From positions 440,787,261-440,851,260 of the forward strand of contig NC_133620.1 in the NCBI RefSeq assembly GCF_048593235.1: DNA of 64,000 nt, in the 5' to 3' direction. Made by a program: the position numbers and the translations under genes. Source of the DNA: Sminthopsis crassicaudata (Eukaryota). Shown in pieces: positions 15,101-27,674 of the stretch (position 1 is its first letter; every line of letters starts with the position of its first letter). The notes beneath the pieces are model-generated. The model did not search any database and was not told the DNA's origin. It was given only the letters and a program-made list of their open reading frames with translations.

Positions 15101-17036
15101 CAGGGAAGTTGTTACTCTATTTCCCTGACAATTGGGTCCAGAGCGGTTGGCCACCCATTGGGTGGAGGAATTTATGATGAGAAAGGTGTGGGGGAGTTTC
15201 ATGAGGAAACCAACCTGGAGCTGAAACTGATCTGGTTTCCACCTTTCTGGTTCCCAGGCTTGACCAAGGACCCTGAGAAAATTTCTGGGACTGGAATGGA
15301 ATGGAGGAAACAGTTATCCTCAGTGCCCTAGATAGAAGTTTCCCATATCTAAGGTGGATGTGAAACCACCATTCTCCATGGAAAGGAAGACTTAGTGACC
15401 AGAGAATAGGCAGTGTTATCAACACTAGGGAAACCAGAATCTAATCTCCTGGAGGGCATGTATCACATCTTAAACTTCACCTGTTCTCTACACTGGCAGT
15501 CTTTATCACAGAGATTCCAGTAAAACTAAGCTTTACCTTTTGACTGAAATAGGAAGTTGCATAGAGAAGTCATTGTGAGAGGATTAAGGACATACCTCAA
15601 TAGACCTCTTAGTATTTTCATTTGATTTAATTACATTGAACAGATATTGATTAAACACCTACTATGTGTCAGGCTGGAGAAGGAAAGGGCAAATCATTCC
15701 AGTATCTTAGCTAGGAAAACCCAAAATTGGTTCATGCAGAGTGAGATGTGACTGAACAAAAGCAACAAAGTACCTACTATGTTCTGGCATTGTGCTAAGC
15801 ACTGGAGATTTTATAAAAATAGTCCCTGCTCTTGAAGAGCTAACAGTCAAATAGGAAGAAATAATATATTAACATCTAGATACAAACAAGTTATATACAT
15901 AATAAATTAGAGATAATCATCAGAGGGAAGGCATGAGGATCAAGGGTCATTCATTGAGAAAAGTTTTAATTGAGACTTGAAATCATGGAAACTAGGAGTT
16001 GGAGATGAAGATCAAGAACATTCTAGGGATGGGGGACAACTAAGGGACAACCAGGTCCCTTCCAGCTATGAATCTATGGTCCTAATTATCTGAGCATTTC
16101 TCAGACTTGCTGATGGATAAAAACCTCTGGGTCAGCTTAGGCAATTAATCACTTTACAGGTGACAAATTCATTTCTGAATCATTTGGATCGGTAACAGAA
16201 CTCCTGTGACTAGAATAGAACACATTTTGAACAGTAGTTCCAATAACTGCGCAATTTCATTCCCAAATGGAGATCTCTCCTGTTGGAGATCTTCCCAGGA
16301 GGAAATGTTATATCTTCTTTGTCAACCTTTTCTGGGGCTTTCTACTTCAAATTCTGCACAAGAAAAGAGGGAAGGATTTATCAGAGTGGAAACATCTTGA
16401 CCTCAAACTCCCTTAGTCATTTCAACTTAAATCCAAATCAATGTTATAATAGACTCAAGAAGATATTTAAGGGTTTGGGAAGGGGGAGGGAGTTAAGGAG
16501 GGAGCATATAGAAGGCCTGCAGAGGTCTGGAGACCAACCTCAAAGCCAAAGGCTGCAGGGAGGTGGTTGGAGGAATATGCTGCAAGCAACTCATCCTTTA
16601 CCTGGGCAGCAGCCAGGTAGGCTGCTCCTCCTCTGGCACTGCCAGTTGGGCTGGCCAAACAGCAAGGTGAACCTGCAGAGAACTAGTGTAAAGAGGTGCG
16701 GGGGTACCGGGCAAAAGAGTGAGAGATAGAGACAGACATAGAGAAGGAGATGGAGGAGGGTTTTTTGGGGGAAAGGCACTCGGGGCCAAAGGGACTCTGG
16801 GGCAAAGGACAAGGACCCTGGAGGAGAAAAAGAGGAAGAGAAAGGACCAAAAAGTCACTCGCTCCCCAGAGATGCCTGCACCTTCCGCGCTGCGCAGAGC
16901 GCTGGCCATTTCCGACCCTTGACCCCTGTCTCGGGAATGTCCTCACCCCAATCCCCAGACCCTCTTCTCTACCTGGCAGCATCCGCGGGATACCTACCGC
17001 CACCTGTGAACTGGAGCAGGAGAAGATCCGCTTCAT
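145..17036 (-). CDS. ANKRD35: Ankyrin repeat domain-containing protein 35; exons 1-12 present, last coding exon(s) lie beyond window position 1
   Basis: Exons (minus, all GT-AG, phases consistent, 957 codons): 17036-16998 (MKRIFSCSSSQVA), 9332-9202, 8312-8224, 7872-7808, 6990-6933, 6713-6643, 6338-6232, 5454-5270, 4373-4336, 4135-2204 (1932-nt coiled-coil exon), 891-802, 210-145. Ankyrin repeats (FHLAASKGLTECL, SALILACEKGSAEVAELLLSHGAD) and C-terminal DSQKNHQEIISTYRNHLLNAA match the recalled human protein. Confidence 0.97.
508..667 (+). mobile_element. Short 5'-truncated marsupial L1 3' tail with A-tail and TSD
   Basis: G-rich tract plus A-rich tail typical of L1 3' UTRs; flanked by direct repeat A-run+GTGCTAT (501-507 and 668-674). 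Confidence 0.7.
1862..1982. repeat. Degenerate (TA)n low-complexity tract
   Basis: Visible AT-only dinucleotide-rich run in ANKRD35 intron 10. Confidence 0.8.
6848..6905. repeat. Interrupted (CA)n microsatellite
   Basis: cacacacacacgcacacacacacacacatccctacacatacccacacacaca in ANKRD35 intron 5. Confidence 0.85.
12441..12616. mobile_element. Old hAT-type MITE (176 bp) nested in a MIR-like SINE
   Basis: Decayed TIRs (CAGAAGCGTCAGACTC vs reverse complement CAATGGTGTCAAATTC) and decayed 8-bp TSD (TACTAAAT 12433-12440 / CACTAGAT 12617-12624); MIR-like sequence resumes on both sides. Confidence 0.55.
13490..13712 (+). mobile_element. CORE-SINE with RTE-derived tail (Mar1/WALLSI-like)
   Basis: CORE segment (ctgcctcaatttcctcatctataaaatg) followed by RTE-type tail (gctggagaaagaaatggcaagccactccagtatctttgcc). 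Confidence 0.7.
15630..16030 (+). mobile_element. L2 3' fragments with an inserted RTE/SINE tail
   Basis: L2-type attaaacacctactatgtgtcagg and tgtgctaagcactggaga...ccctgctcttgaagagctaacagtc motifs, interrupted by an RTE tail at about 15675-15760. Confidence 0.6.
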
Positions 17037-17340
17037 GGCCGGGGCTGGGGCCGGAGCCGCCGGGAGAGCGGGGCCGGGGAGACGTGCAGGAGCCGGGCCG
17101 GGCGGACCGAACCCACAGACTCCCCGGCTGCGGCCGCAGCCCAAATTGTCAGAGGCAGGAGGCGGAGCCCCGCCCCCAGAAGTCCCAACCTATGGTAGGG
17201 CGGCATCCCGCGGCACCTGGCGCGTGGCCCCGCCCACCTCCCTGGCTGACCCGGGAGGCCCGCCGGACTCAGTCACCTCAGCAGCTGCAGACCTGACCCG
17301 CATGTAGTCTCAGATAAGATTGGCTAGGTCCGAGAAAACT
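16860..17340 (-). promoter_or_regulatory. ANKRD35 CpG-island promoter
   Basis: CpG-dense segment around exon 1; GC boxes (CCCCGCCC near 17168 and 17227), CCAAT on minus (17319-17323), GATA site (17312-17317). Confidence 0.75.
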
Positions 17341-17550
17341 CGATTATAACGCCCGGTGCGCCCATGCAGATTGTATACTCGAATATAGCCCGGTGTGCTC
17401 CTGCATATTGTATGCCCGATTATAATGCCCGGTGTGCCCAGACAGATTGTATGCCCGATTATAGCACCCAGTGTGCCCAGGCAGACTGTATGCTCGATTA
17501 TAACGCCCGGTGTGCCCATGCAGAGTGTATGCTTGATTATAATACCCAGG
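17341..17550. repeat. 39-bp minisatellite, about 5.4 copies
   Basis: Units start at 17341, 17380, 17417, 17456, 17495, 17534 (39,37,39,39,39 bp, partial); consensus approx. CGATTATAACGCCCGGTGTGCCCATGCAGATTGTATGCC. Confidence 0.92.
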
Positions 17551-18930
17551 ACTGTGAGCGCAGCAAACTGAGGCAAGACTGAGCATTGAAAACATTTGAG
17601 AAGAACAGAAATTGAGGAGAAACCAGTGTCCCGTGGCTGAGAGTTTGAGGGTATACAGAACAAATATATAGGTGGCAAATAGCAAAACCCACGGACGGAA
17701 GCGAAAGGAACAGAACTCAGTAGCTAGAGCACTGGAACTGGACTCAGGAAGATGAATTCAAATTCTATCTCAATCACCTAGTTATATAGACTTGGGCAAA
17801 TAATTTAACTTCTCGAGAAGCCTCTGATTTCTCTTCCACAAAATGGGAATAATAGTAATAAGGCTGTTGTTCGGGGCCAATGCAATAATTCATCAAAGCG
17901 CTTCGCAAACATTAAAGCACTAGGTGGATGCTAATTGCTGTGGTGGTGGTGATAGTGGTCATTAGGCATCCGGAGCAAGAAAAGGAGAAATCTAGAACCA
18001 AAGAAAGGAAGGATAGAAATGAAGACAGAAAGAAGAAAGTGTCCTTGATGTCAGCCTGAGAAAAATACTGGCTTCCTATCCATCACTCTGATCTTCTTTT
18101 TCTTTGAAAGCTCATTTGTAATCTCTGACTTTCTTCTCTCTTACTTTTGGACTGTTCTTTCTCTACATTTGTTCTTGCTAAGTTTGGTAGCTGTGGTTGG
18201 AGATCTCTCCAAAGTCCTGGAACCAGAAATCTGAAGCTGGAAAGGATCACAGAAACCAGCTAGTTTTACTCCCTCATCTTACAGATAAGGAAAATGAGGC
18301 TAGGGAAGGTTAAACTAAGAAGGCAGAGGAAACATATTTCATGTCAACGTAGCAATCTTAGTAAAGGAAACCCAGTCCAATGTGATGATCTGTGATATAA
18401 CAAAAAGAGCATGACTGGGGGCAGGCAATTTAAGTTCAACTTCTTCCTCTCTTCCAGTGGGACCCCAAAGTAAAGAATTCATGTGAAAGAGCTTTTATAA
18501 AATCTGAGTTAGAAAATATATCAGAAGTCATCTAGTCCAACTCCTAGCTAACTTAGAGACTCTTCTATGATATTCTCAAAAAACCTCTAATGTAGGAGAA
18601 AACTACTAGACCCTAAAAGAGGCATCCTACTTTTTCTCCAAGCTCTGTGATATCTGAGATTTTAATATGTTATGGCTATGAATTCATAGTTTTATCCAAA
18701 TCACTGATTAAAAAAATTATACAGTACAAAGTCAAGGACAGGTGGGGGTGCACTTCACTGGAAAACCTTCATACAAGTTAACTTTGAACCATTAATAACT
18801 ACTCTTTAGGTCTAGTCATTCAACCAGTTTTGACACTACCTAACCATATTTTCTTCTAGCCTATATACCGGCATCTTTTCCACAAGTTAGCATGGGAAAT
18901 ATTGTCAAAAACTGTGTAAAAGTGTTTGGA

Positions 18931-19112
18931 CGTGTATAAATATATTGTATTTAATTTATACTTTAACATATTTTACATGTATTCGTCAACCTGCCAATTG
19001 GGGGAGGGGGGGATGGAGGGGAAAAATTGGAACAAAAGATTTGGCAGTTGTCAATGCTGTAAAATTACCCATGCATATATCTGGTAAATAAAAACTATAA
19101 TTAAAAAAAAAT
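18931..19112 (+). mobile_element. Marsupial L1 3' tail
   Basis: G-rich tract, aaaattacccatgcatat motif shared with the L1 at 24780, AATAAA and A-tail. Confidence 0.65.
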
Positions 19113-19361
19113 ACTGCGTTAAAGTCTAGGTAAAGCATTCCACAACAGTACCCTGGTCTACTAGTTCAATAACTTTGTCAACAAAGAAAATGAGTCTAAT
19201 CTGGCATGACCTGAATTGTTTGGGTTTGGGGTTTTTTTTGGTATTTAAATTTTTTTTTGTTTTTGTTTTTGTTTTTGTTTTTGTTTTTTAACATGACAAA
19301 TACAAATAAACCACCACTTCCACATATGCAAAGAAAAAAAGAAAAAAAAAAAAAAAAAAAG

Positions 19362-19510
19362 AGGAGCAGCTACATGACCCAGTGGATAGAGCACCAGCCC
19401 TGAAGTCAGGAGGACCTGAATTCTAATCTAAGCTTCAGACACTTAATGCTTCCTAGCTGTATAACCCTGGGCAAGTCACTTAACTCCAATTGCCTCAGCA
19501 AAAAGAAAAA
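19362..19510 (+). mobile_element. WSINE1-type CORE-SINE
   Basis: tRNA-like head (agtggatagagcaccagccctgaagtcaggaggacctgaattc), CORE (ctagctgtataaccctgggcaagtcacttaac), A-tail. Confidence 0.8.
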
Positions 19511-20989
19511 TGAGATTTTTTTCTAAAACCACATCTTTATTTCGGACATTTGTTTTTGAAAAGAACATGATTAATTCAATATATGAGTTTCAAAGTTATC
19601 TTTTTATGAATTTCCTTCTGTTCTCTTCTGTGCATTCTCATAAATGTTTCAATTACCCCATTTTCTTTGTTTTCTTGTTTTTTTGCCTCTATCACTAACC
19701 TCTTCCTTCCAAATTAACAAAAAGTTTATCTTTGTAAAGTCAAGCATGACAAATCAGTTCATTGACCATGAGCAAGAATATATTCTTGATAGTAAAAAAT
19801 CAATAAGCATTATGAAATGCCTACTATGTGCCAAATATTGTGCTGTGTTGATCTCTCATAAATACCTGAAGGAAAATTCTGAGCTCTCTATAAAGGGAGG
19901 CTTTGGGAAGAGCTTATTGTTCAGCCCCACCATCACAAGAAAAAGGCAACTGAGGGTGCTGAGGAGGTGTATGTAGTATTAAAGTTGAATCAGCCTCTCT
20001 GATGATGAAATATCAGGTGATGAGCTTATCCTGGGGGGTGGGAATGGAACATGATGATTGTGGAGATGAAACCAAGCAGAGACCTGTTTTTCCCTTTCCT
20101 TTTCTGGATGTTTGCTAATAGCTTTAATATTAATTACCTTTAACATCATGTTCTAGAATTTTGCTAGTGTAGCACACGCTCTGTGACAACTATCCCAACT
20201 ATTTTAACTCCTTAAAATGGCAATTCAGCTCTTCAGAGGATGGCTACTACATGTGTGCTCATAATTCTAAGAGGTGGTCTTGAATGTTTCACCCAACAAT
20301 TATTCATATCAGTCAAGCAGATTTAACTTAGCTCATAGGATATAGAATTTTTACTAAGGTGATTTGGTAAGAATATTTGGTATAAAACATCCCTAGAAAA
20401 TCTGTGATAGACCATCCCTCTAGTATATAGAGAGATTACAGGGGAGAATGGACTCAAGCTTAGAGAACAGATATTGCTAAGGGGCAACTTATAGTTCTTA
20501 GAAGTCTTTTTTTTCTGGAATTCAAAATATTTCCCCTTTAGATGGGGTGTACACTTTCTGATGGTTTCCTTGTAGTATCTTTGAAATTGCCTTTCCTCAG
20601 CATGTCAATTGCTGCTGTTCTAGAAATATTGCAAAAAAAGATAAATTAGAAACCTGAATTCTTTAACCATCCCAAGTTCACAAAGTTCTTAACTGGTCAA
20701 AGTAGAGGTGAGATGAAATCAAGGCTCGTTTGTCTCCTCCCCCTCAAGTGTACCACGACTGAAGTTAAGGTAAACCAAGGTACAAAATTCTGAATGTGAT
20801 TGATTTATTAGCAAAGTACATATTTGCCAATTAACAAGGTGTTGATCTCTCATCAATCCCTAAAATCCAGTGGGGCTTACAAATTATTTTTATAGACAAA
20901 AGGAAAAGCATCATAGTAAAAGGGTAGCATCATAGATGGGGAAAACAGTATGATTGGTTATTATCATTTTTGTTATTATATTATCATTT

Positions 20990-21210
20990 TTCAGTTGCAT
21001 CCAACTAATCATGACCCCATCTATGGTTTTCTAGGTAAAGAAAAAAATGAAGTGGTTTGCCATTACTTTCTCCAGCTCATTGTGCAGATGAGGGAACTGA
21101 GTTAAACAGGAGCAAAAGATCACACAGCTAGTAAATGGCTGAGGTTAGATTTAAAATCAGAAAGTTGAGTCTAGGCCTGGCACTTTATTCACTGTGCCAC
21201 TCAGCTGCCC
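20990..21210 (-). mobile_element. CORE-SINE with RTE-type tail (Mar1/WALLSI-like)
   Basis: Reverse-complement head ending ...cactgtgccactcagctgcccc and tail gtggtttgccattactttctccagctc. Confidence 0.65.
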
Positions 21211-22419
21211 CTTAGGGAAAAGAATATGATTGATTCCAGATTGGGTATTCAGGGCTATCAACTACCATCCCATTACTGATTGATTGTTTCCACCTGCAAG
21301 GTTAATCAGGGATTCATGGATAACAAAACAGACTTCCTTGAAGGACAGAGATAACAGAGCAGACTTCCTGGAAGGACAACTGTGTGGGATAGAGATAACA
21401 AATTTCCTTGACATAAGAATAGACCATTGATTTCACAGAAAAACTGAACTTTTAAACTTAACTTAGAGACAATGGGTAATTTACAGGAAAGCTGAACTTC
21501 TAAATTCAGAGAGACAATAAAACATGTCATAGGCAAATATAAAAATGTCAGTGGTGATACTGAATAAATTATAAAGTACACTAAATTTGATTTTTTTCAA
21601 GTGCTTGGGCTAGGATGCTTTCACTTGTCTATTATCAAAAAAAGCACTCAATCCCAAATTAGCTTGTTGGGTTTATGTAAGGCTCATAGAGTATAACTAA
21701 GACTCCTCAACCAATTCAAATAGACTTCCTGGGCATTTTCCATCCATTTTATCCAATGGCTTTCAAAAACTTCTCAATGGATAAAGGATTTTAAGCCTAA
21801 CATCTTTGATTCATTGGTCCAATCTTGTTAATTTTAAACCATATTTGGAGCTATACCTAGTTAATATCTTTGATTCAACTGAGATATGTTTTCATACAAC
21901 TATCAAAGTTTAGACTTTATTAATTATTCCTATGGGGGGGTGTGGGTGATTGATTCATTCAAGAGACCTCACACTCAGTCATACATTCACATACTCTCTT
22001 ATATAAAGCTAGTATTACTGCAGTTTGGACACTCTAATATCATTTTTCCTCCTTTTTAAAAATGAAGACATTTGTATTTTTCTAATCCTGAAGCACTTTT
22101 CCTGTTTTCCTGTGATTTTTCAAAGATCAGTTGGTAGCTCAGCTATGACATCTGCCAAATCTTTCAATACCATGGGATGTAATTCCTCTGAGTCTGGTGA
22201 CTGGAGCTCATTAAAGGCACCTAGTTGTTCTCATTATTTTCTTTCTTGCCTTGGGTTCCAACTAGCTATCTGCCATTTTTGTTTTCTCCTTTCTAGTCCC
22301 AAGATAATTTTCTTTAACAGAGAAAACAAAAATGAAATAATAAGAGAATATGGTAAGGTAGAAAGAACTCTGGTTGGAATCAAGGAACTGGGTTAGAATT
22401 CATGTTTTTACAGTCAGTG

Positions 22420-23460
22420 TTTTTGATAAAAGAGTTATTTCTCAAATATGTAGATAACGGACTCAAATTTTATAATACAGGCCATTCCCCAATTGACAAA
22501 TGGTCAAAAGATATGAACAGCAGTTTTCAGATGAAGAAATTAAAGCCACATGAAAAAATGCTCTAACTCACTATTGATTAGAGAAATGTAAACTAAAACT
22601 ACTCTGAGGTACCACTCACAGGAATCAGTTGTCCAATACGTCAGAAAAAAATGATAAACATTGGATGTGATATGGGAAAACTGGAATGCTAGTATATTGG
22701 TGGAGTTGTGAACTGATCCAACCATTCTAGAGAACAATGTGGAATTATGTCCAATGGGCTATAAAACTCATGAATACCCTTTGACTTAACAATATCCCTG
22801 CTAGGTCTGTACCTCAAAGACATTAAAGGGGATGGTGGTTGGGGTGAAGAATCTATTTGTAGAAAAATATTTATAGCAGCTTTTTTTGTAGGACATATTC
22901 ATCATTTGGGAAATAGCTGACAAGTTGTAGTATATGACTGTAATAAAATATTATTGTGCTCTAAGAATTGAAAAGCAGGCAGATTTCAGAAAAACCTGGA
23001 AAGACTCAAATGAACTGATATAGTGAAGTGAGCAGAACCAGGAGAACATTGTTTGTATACAGTAACAGCCACATTGTTTGAGGATCAACTATGATGGATT
23101 TAGCTCATTTTGTAAAATAATAATCCCAAGATTCATTCAAAAAGATTCATGTTGTAGAATGCCATCCACATTCAGAGAAAGAACTATGGAGTCTGAATGT
23201 AGATCAAAGCAAATTATTTTCACTTTTTTTGTTGTTGTTTTTTTTTCTTTCTTAAGGTTTTTATTATAATTCTTCTTTTAGACTAATGTGGAGCTTTAAG
23301 ATGATTGTACATGTATAACCTATATCAGATGGATTACAGTTGTGGGAAGTGGAAAGAGAGAGAGAAAACTGTGAAGCTCAAAATCTTATAAAAATGAGTA
23401 TTTAGAATTATCTTTATATGTAATTGGAAAAAATAAAAAATTCTTCAATGAGGGGGGGAA
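22420..23460 (+). mobile_element. Older degenerate L1 fragment (ORF2 C-terminus plus 3' UTR)
   Basis: Decayed ORF2 motifs (aaatggtcaaaagatatgaacag, gaaatgtaaactaaaactactctgaggtacc) with stops and frameshifts; homologous to the younger copy at 23931. Confidence 0.8.
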
Positions 23461-23930
23461 AAAACCATTTTTCCCCTTATCAGAATATTTTCACTTGAGT
23501 CTTCAGAACATCATTTGAAAGAGGAAATCTAGGGCTGATTTCCTATATAGTCTTCCCATTAGGCTATAATTTACAGCTCAACAGTACTTCCAGAAATAGT
23601 ATTTCCTCCCACCTCCCCCCCCAAAAAAAAAATCTAATATGATCCCGGGCTACTAAGTTAATAAAAGTAAAGTGTTAGAGCAAAGAAGGTGATAATATTC
23701 TTACATTCTTTTCTGGTCAGAATATAGTCAGACAGTTGCGTTTTGGATGACATGATCAGAATGTTTTAGATACCACATTTTAGGAAGGTCACTGACAAAG
23801 TGGAACATATCTAGTAAGGGGCAAAAGACAGTCCCCTGTCCTCAAGAAGTTTACAATCTAATGAAGGAGACAACAAACAAATATAACAAATCTAGCCATA
23901 TAGAGGATAAATGGGACAAAAATTAATAGG

Positions 23931-24854
23931 TAAGCAAATCACTATTGATCAAAGAAATGCAAATTAAGACAACTCTGAGGTATCATTACACACCTGTCAG
24001 ATTGGCTAAGATGACAGGAACAAATAACGATGAATGTTGGAGGGGCTGTGGGAAAACTGGGACACTGATGCATTGTTGGTGGAGTTGTGAAAGAATCCAA
24101 CCATTCTGGAGAGCAATCTGGAATTATGCCCAAAATGTTATCAAAATGTGCATACCCTTTGACCCAGCCATACTACTACTGGGCTTATACCCCAAGGAAC
24201 TACTAGAGAAGGGAAAGGGTCCTGTATGTGCCAAAATGTTTGTGGCAGCCCTTTTCATAGTGGCTAGAAGCTGGAAGATGAATGGATGTCCATCAATTGG
24301 AGAATGGTTGGGTAAACTATGGTATATGAATGTTATGGAATATTATTGTTCTATAAGAAATGACCAACAGGAGAAATATAGAGAGGCTTGGAGAGACTTA
24401 CATCAACTGATGCTGAGTGAAACGAGCAGAACCAGAAGATCATTATACACTTCAACAATGATACTGTATGAGGATGTATGCTGATGGAAGTGGATATCTT
24501 CAACATAGAGAAGAGCTACTCCAATTCCAATTGATTAATGATGGACAGAACCAGCTACATCCAGAAAAGGAACACTGGGAAATGAATGTAAACTGTTATT
24601 TTTACCTTCTGAATCCAATTCTTCCTGTGCAACAAAAATTCGGTTCTACACACATATATTGTATCTAAATTATACTGTAATATATTTAACATATATAAGA
24701 CTGCTTGCCATCTGGGGGAGGGGGTTGGGGGAGGAAGGGAAAAAATCTGAATAGAAGTAAGTGCAAGGGATAATGTTGTAAAAAATTACCCATGCATATG
24801 TACTGTCAAAAAATGTTATAATTATAAAATAAAATTTAAAAAAAAAAAAACAAC
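23931..24854 (+). mobile_element. Young 5'-truncated L1 with uninterrupted ORF2 C-terminal 179 codons, inserted into an L2 relic
   Basis: ORF 23945-24484 reads [18 protein letters not shown]...[18 protein letters not shown] (L1 ORF2 CCHC region); poly-A tail; perfect 15-bp TSD ACAAAAATTAATAGG (23916-23930, 24855-24869). Confidence 0.93.
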
Positions 24855-25996
24855 ACAAAAATTAATAGGGAAGGTCCTAGAATTGAGTGGTTGGGAAAAG
24901 GCTTCTCGTAGAAGATGGGATTTTAGTTTGGACTAGAAGGAAACCAGGTAATTTCTTTCCACAGACACTGCTACAGCTAAGTTTGGCCTTCTTCCTGTTT
25001 CTTCAAAGTAACTACCATTTCTCCATATCTTCGCACTGGCTGTACCCCCATGCCCAGAATGCATGTTCTTCCTATCTCTACCTCTTAAGACTCAGCTTAC
25101 AAAGCTGCTCCCCATCATTTACCTTCTATTTATTTTATATGTGCTCACACAAGATGTTCCAAACATCTTACTATAGGTTCAAGCTTACTAGAGCTTAATG
25201 GAGAGTTGTAGGACACCCTATATGTGTAACAAAGCTCTCTAGAACTCACTTTTGCTTTTTTATACAGTACCCAGCTCAGTGACATGGACATGTTGTATAC
25301 TAAGTAAATATATTGATTGATTAGCACCAAAGGGAAGAACTAGTATTAATGGGTATAAGTTGCAAAGAGAACAAGGACACAATTCCTCACAGATTCCTAA
25401 TTCTAATTCCTTCCTATCTGATCTTAAAGTCTTTGTCTTTAGAGTCACTTCCTTTGGGCTCACGGGTTGTAGAAAGTAGCTGCTTATTAATTAAACCATC
25501 ATTGGATAAGGCAGCAATGGTAATGGTTTCTCTCCAGAAGGCTGCTATAAAAATGGGAGAGGAAGAAATAGAAAGGGTATGGGAGTGGGGAAAGACCTCT
25601 TCTAGTCTTCTGTCATTAGCACAAATTGGTTTATTGGATCAGCTGGGACCATGGAACAAATGGAAAAACTCCACAGAAGTGCATTTGAATGAACAGCAGG
25701 CACTGAAATATGACAAGCCTATCTTGTGGTGGCTGAGGCTCCAAGCCAGGAATGTGAACTATGGATGGTGGGGTCAAGCTCTGGGAGGGTACAGGATGGC
25801 CCCTGTAGCTAATTTCCTATTTCATGAACACATTTTTCTAGGGCTTGCCTGCCAGAGTTCATTTGCTTTCAGGATCACCGCTCGGTCCCAAAGTCTCCAC
25901 AACTTCTCTACTCCCTGCACCCCCTATACTGATCCAACCCTCCAGTAAGCTTATTGCTGAGAACATGGACTGAACTGGTATTCATTTAAACACAAC

Positions 25997-26002
25997 TTTA
26001 TT
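25997..26002 (-). terminator. Probable ITGA10 polyadenylation signal (AATAAA)
   Basis: Plus-strand TTTATT about 1.67 kb past the ITGA10 stop, upstream of an AT-rich segment on the minus strand. Confidence 0.55.
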
Positions 26003-27253
26003 GGCTTCATTGAAATAATGTTAAACACTGAGATGTATTGTTAGCCCAGGTCAGTTGGAGAAGCAAAAACACTGACCAAGATGATGGTCCTCTGCAGTGC
26101 TACTGGTCAAAGGAAGCAGGAAGGAGGTGGCCGTGGGGGGCAAGAAGAGTGAATGGAGACATTTCAAGATACCCAGAAACCCTCGGGAAGAGACAAGTGC
26201 TCCGGCTACTGACCATCTTACTTTTCTCTAAATGGGTGGGAGAGTTCAAATGCGGTGGGGCCTGCACTAAGACTGATTTCACAGGTCTCCACAGCAAATG
26301 GATTCTCAGTTATTAGGAGGAATCCCACCCTGACAGCTGGTTGAGAGGAAACAATCCGAGAGGAATAGGGAGTTTGAAAGATAAGTTTGGGAATCCCTAG
26401 TGGAGATCAGGAAATGGCTGGCAGACTATTTCTCACATAGGAGCCTTCTGAGGTATGGCCAAGGGACCAAGGGGAGAGTAGCTGGGTGCCCTGGAAACAT
26501 TTCCCAGGGAGAGAACTCTGCTGCACAAACAACACTCCCAGAGCAAGTGAGGGCTTGTTTCCCAGTGACTTCACTCCACCCACTTCTACTTCTCCCCGGG
26601 GTGCGGACCCCCCTCGGTCCAGTCCCATGATGCTCCCTGCCCTTGGGGCCCTGGCTTGCCAGCACTGACTAGCCGCTGCCTCTCAATGCCTTGGATCTCG
26701 GAAGAGGGCTCCCCTAAGGGGCCTGGTAGGGATGTGACCTTGGAGCTCTGCCTCCCGCACTGCACGCTGGCCGGCGGGGAGCTGGGCGATCCCCAATCTG
26801 TCCACACGGAGGCTCCTGGCCCCCACAAACCGCCTTTACCCAGGGAAAGGGGAAGTGGGCGAAGCAGGGGGCAGCACCTGAGGGCCGGCGGCTCCAGGCT
26901 GGCTCGGGTTTCAGGGGGGTGCCAAGCGGCCTGTCTGAGGCTCCTCTGTTCCCCGGCCTCGCACAGAACGTCTCTTGTGGCTTCCCCCCTCCCTCCGTTC
27001 TTCCTGTTGACTCTCCCCACCAGGCTCTGAATCACCAGGCTCCACAGGAAAGCAGCAGATGTTGACTTTGCTCGGGCGAAGCCCACGTCAGCTCCTCCGC
27101 TGGTGTCGGGTAGGAAGGCCGGGAGGTGGGGGGGTGGGGACTAGGAGGAGGCTAGGCCCGGTCATTTCCAAAGGATGGGGGTGAGGAAGAAAAAGAAGAG
27201 AGAGAGACAGAGAGAGGGACGGAGGGAGGGAAGAAGGGAGAGAAGAAAGGAGG

Positions 27254-27403
27254 NNNNNNNNNNNNNNNNNNNNNNNNNNNNNNNNNNNNNNNNNNNNNNN
27301 NNNNNNNNNNNNNNNNNNNNNNNNNNNNNNNNNNNNNNNNNNNNNNNNNNNNNNNNNNNNNNNNNNNNNNNNNNNNNNNNNNNNNNNNNNNNNNNNNNNN
27401 NNN
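27254..27403. other. Assembly gap (150 N) in ITGA10 3' UTR, next to a purine-rich simple repeat
   Basis: Run of N preceded by a GA-rich tract. Confidence 0.99.
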
Positions 27404-27674
27404 GCCCTGTCCAAGCCAAAGGGCCCTGAGACCTGAGGCCTGGGAGGGGTAGAGAAGCGGCTGCCAGGGGAAGACGGGCTGAGCGGGAGGACTGTGGAAC
27501 CAATTCTTCTTGGCAGAGGCTGGCCTCCCTTCCTGAGAGAAGTATCCCTAGGACCCAGAAGTCAAACTTGGAGTTTGGAGGAGAGGGCCAGAGGGTGCCT
27601 TTTGTTCTACAGGCTCCCCTTCAAGTCTCTAGGGTCCCCTGTAGAAGAGGCATTCACAAGGTCTTCTTCCAGCT

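Noticed and set aside
17310-17685. ORFs with 13-aa Cys-rich repeats (e.g. CMPDYNARCAQ)
   Set aside because: By-product of the 39-bp (3x13) minisatellite; frame shifts at the 37-bp unit and no splice or promoter support.
20749-21580. Possible solo LTR (TGTAC...GTACA)
   Set aside because: Flanks (ctcaag / ctaaat) give no TSD and a SINE occupies the middle; cannot be supported by eye.
25349-25948. 199-aa intergenic ORF
   Set aside because: Starts in a CR1/L3-like fragment, contains no domain I recognise and has no exon context; probably chance. A homology search would settle it.
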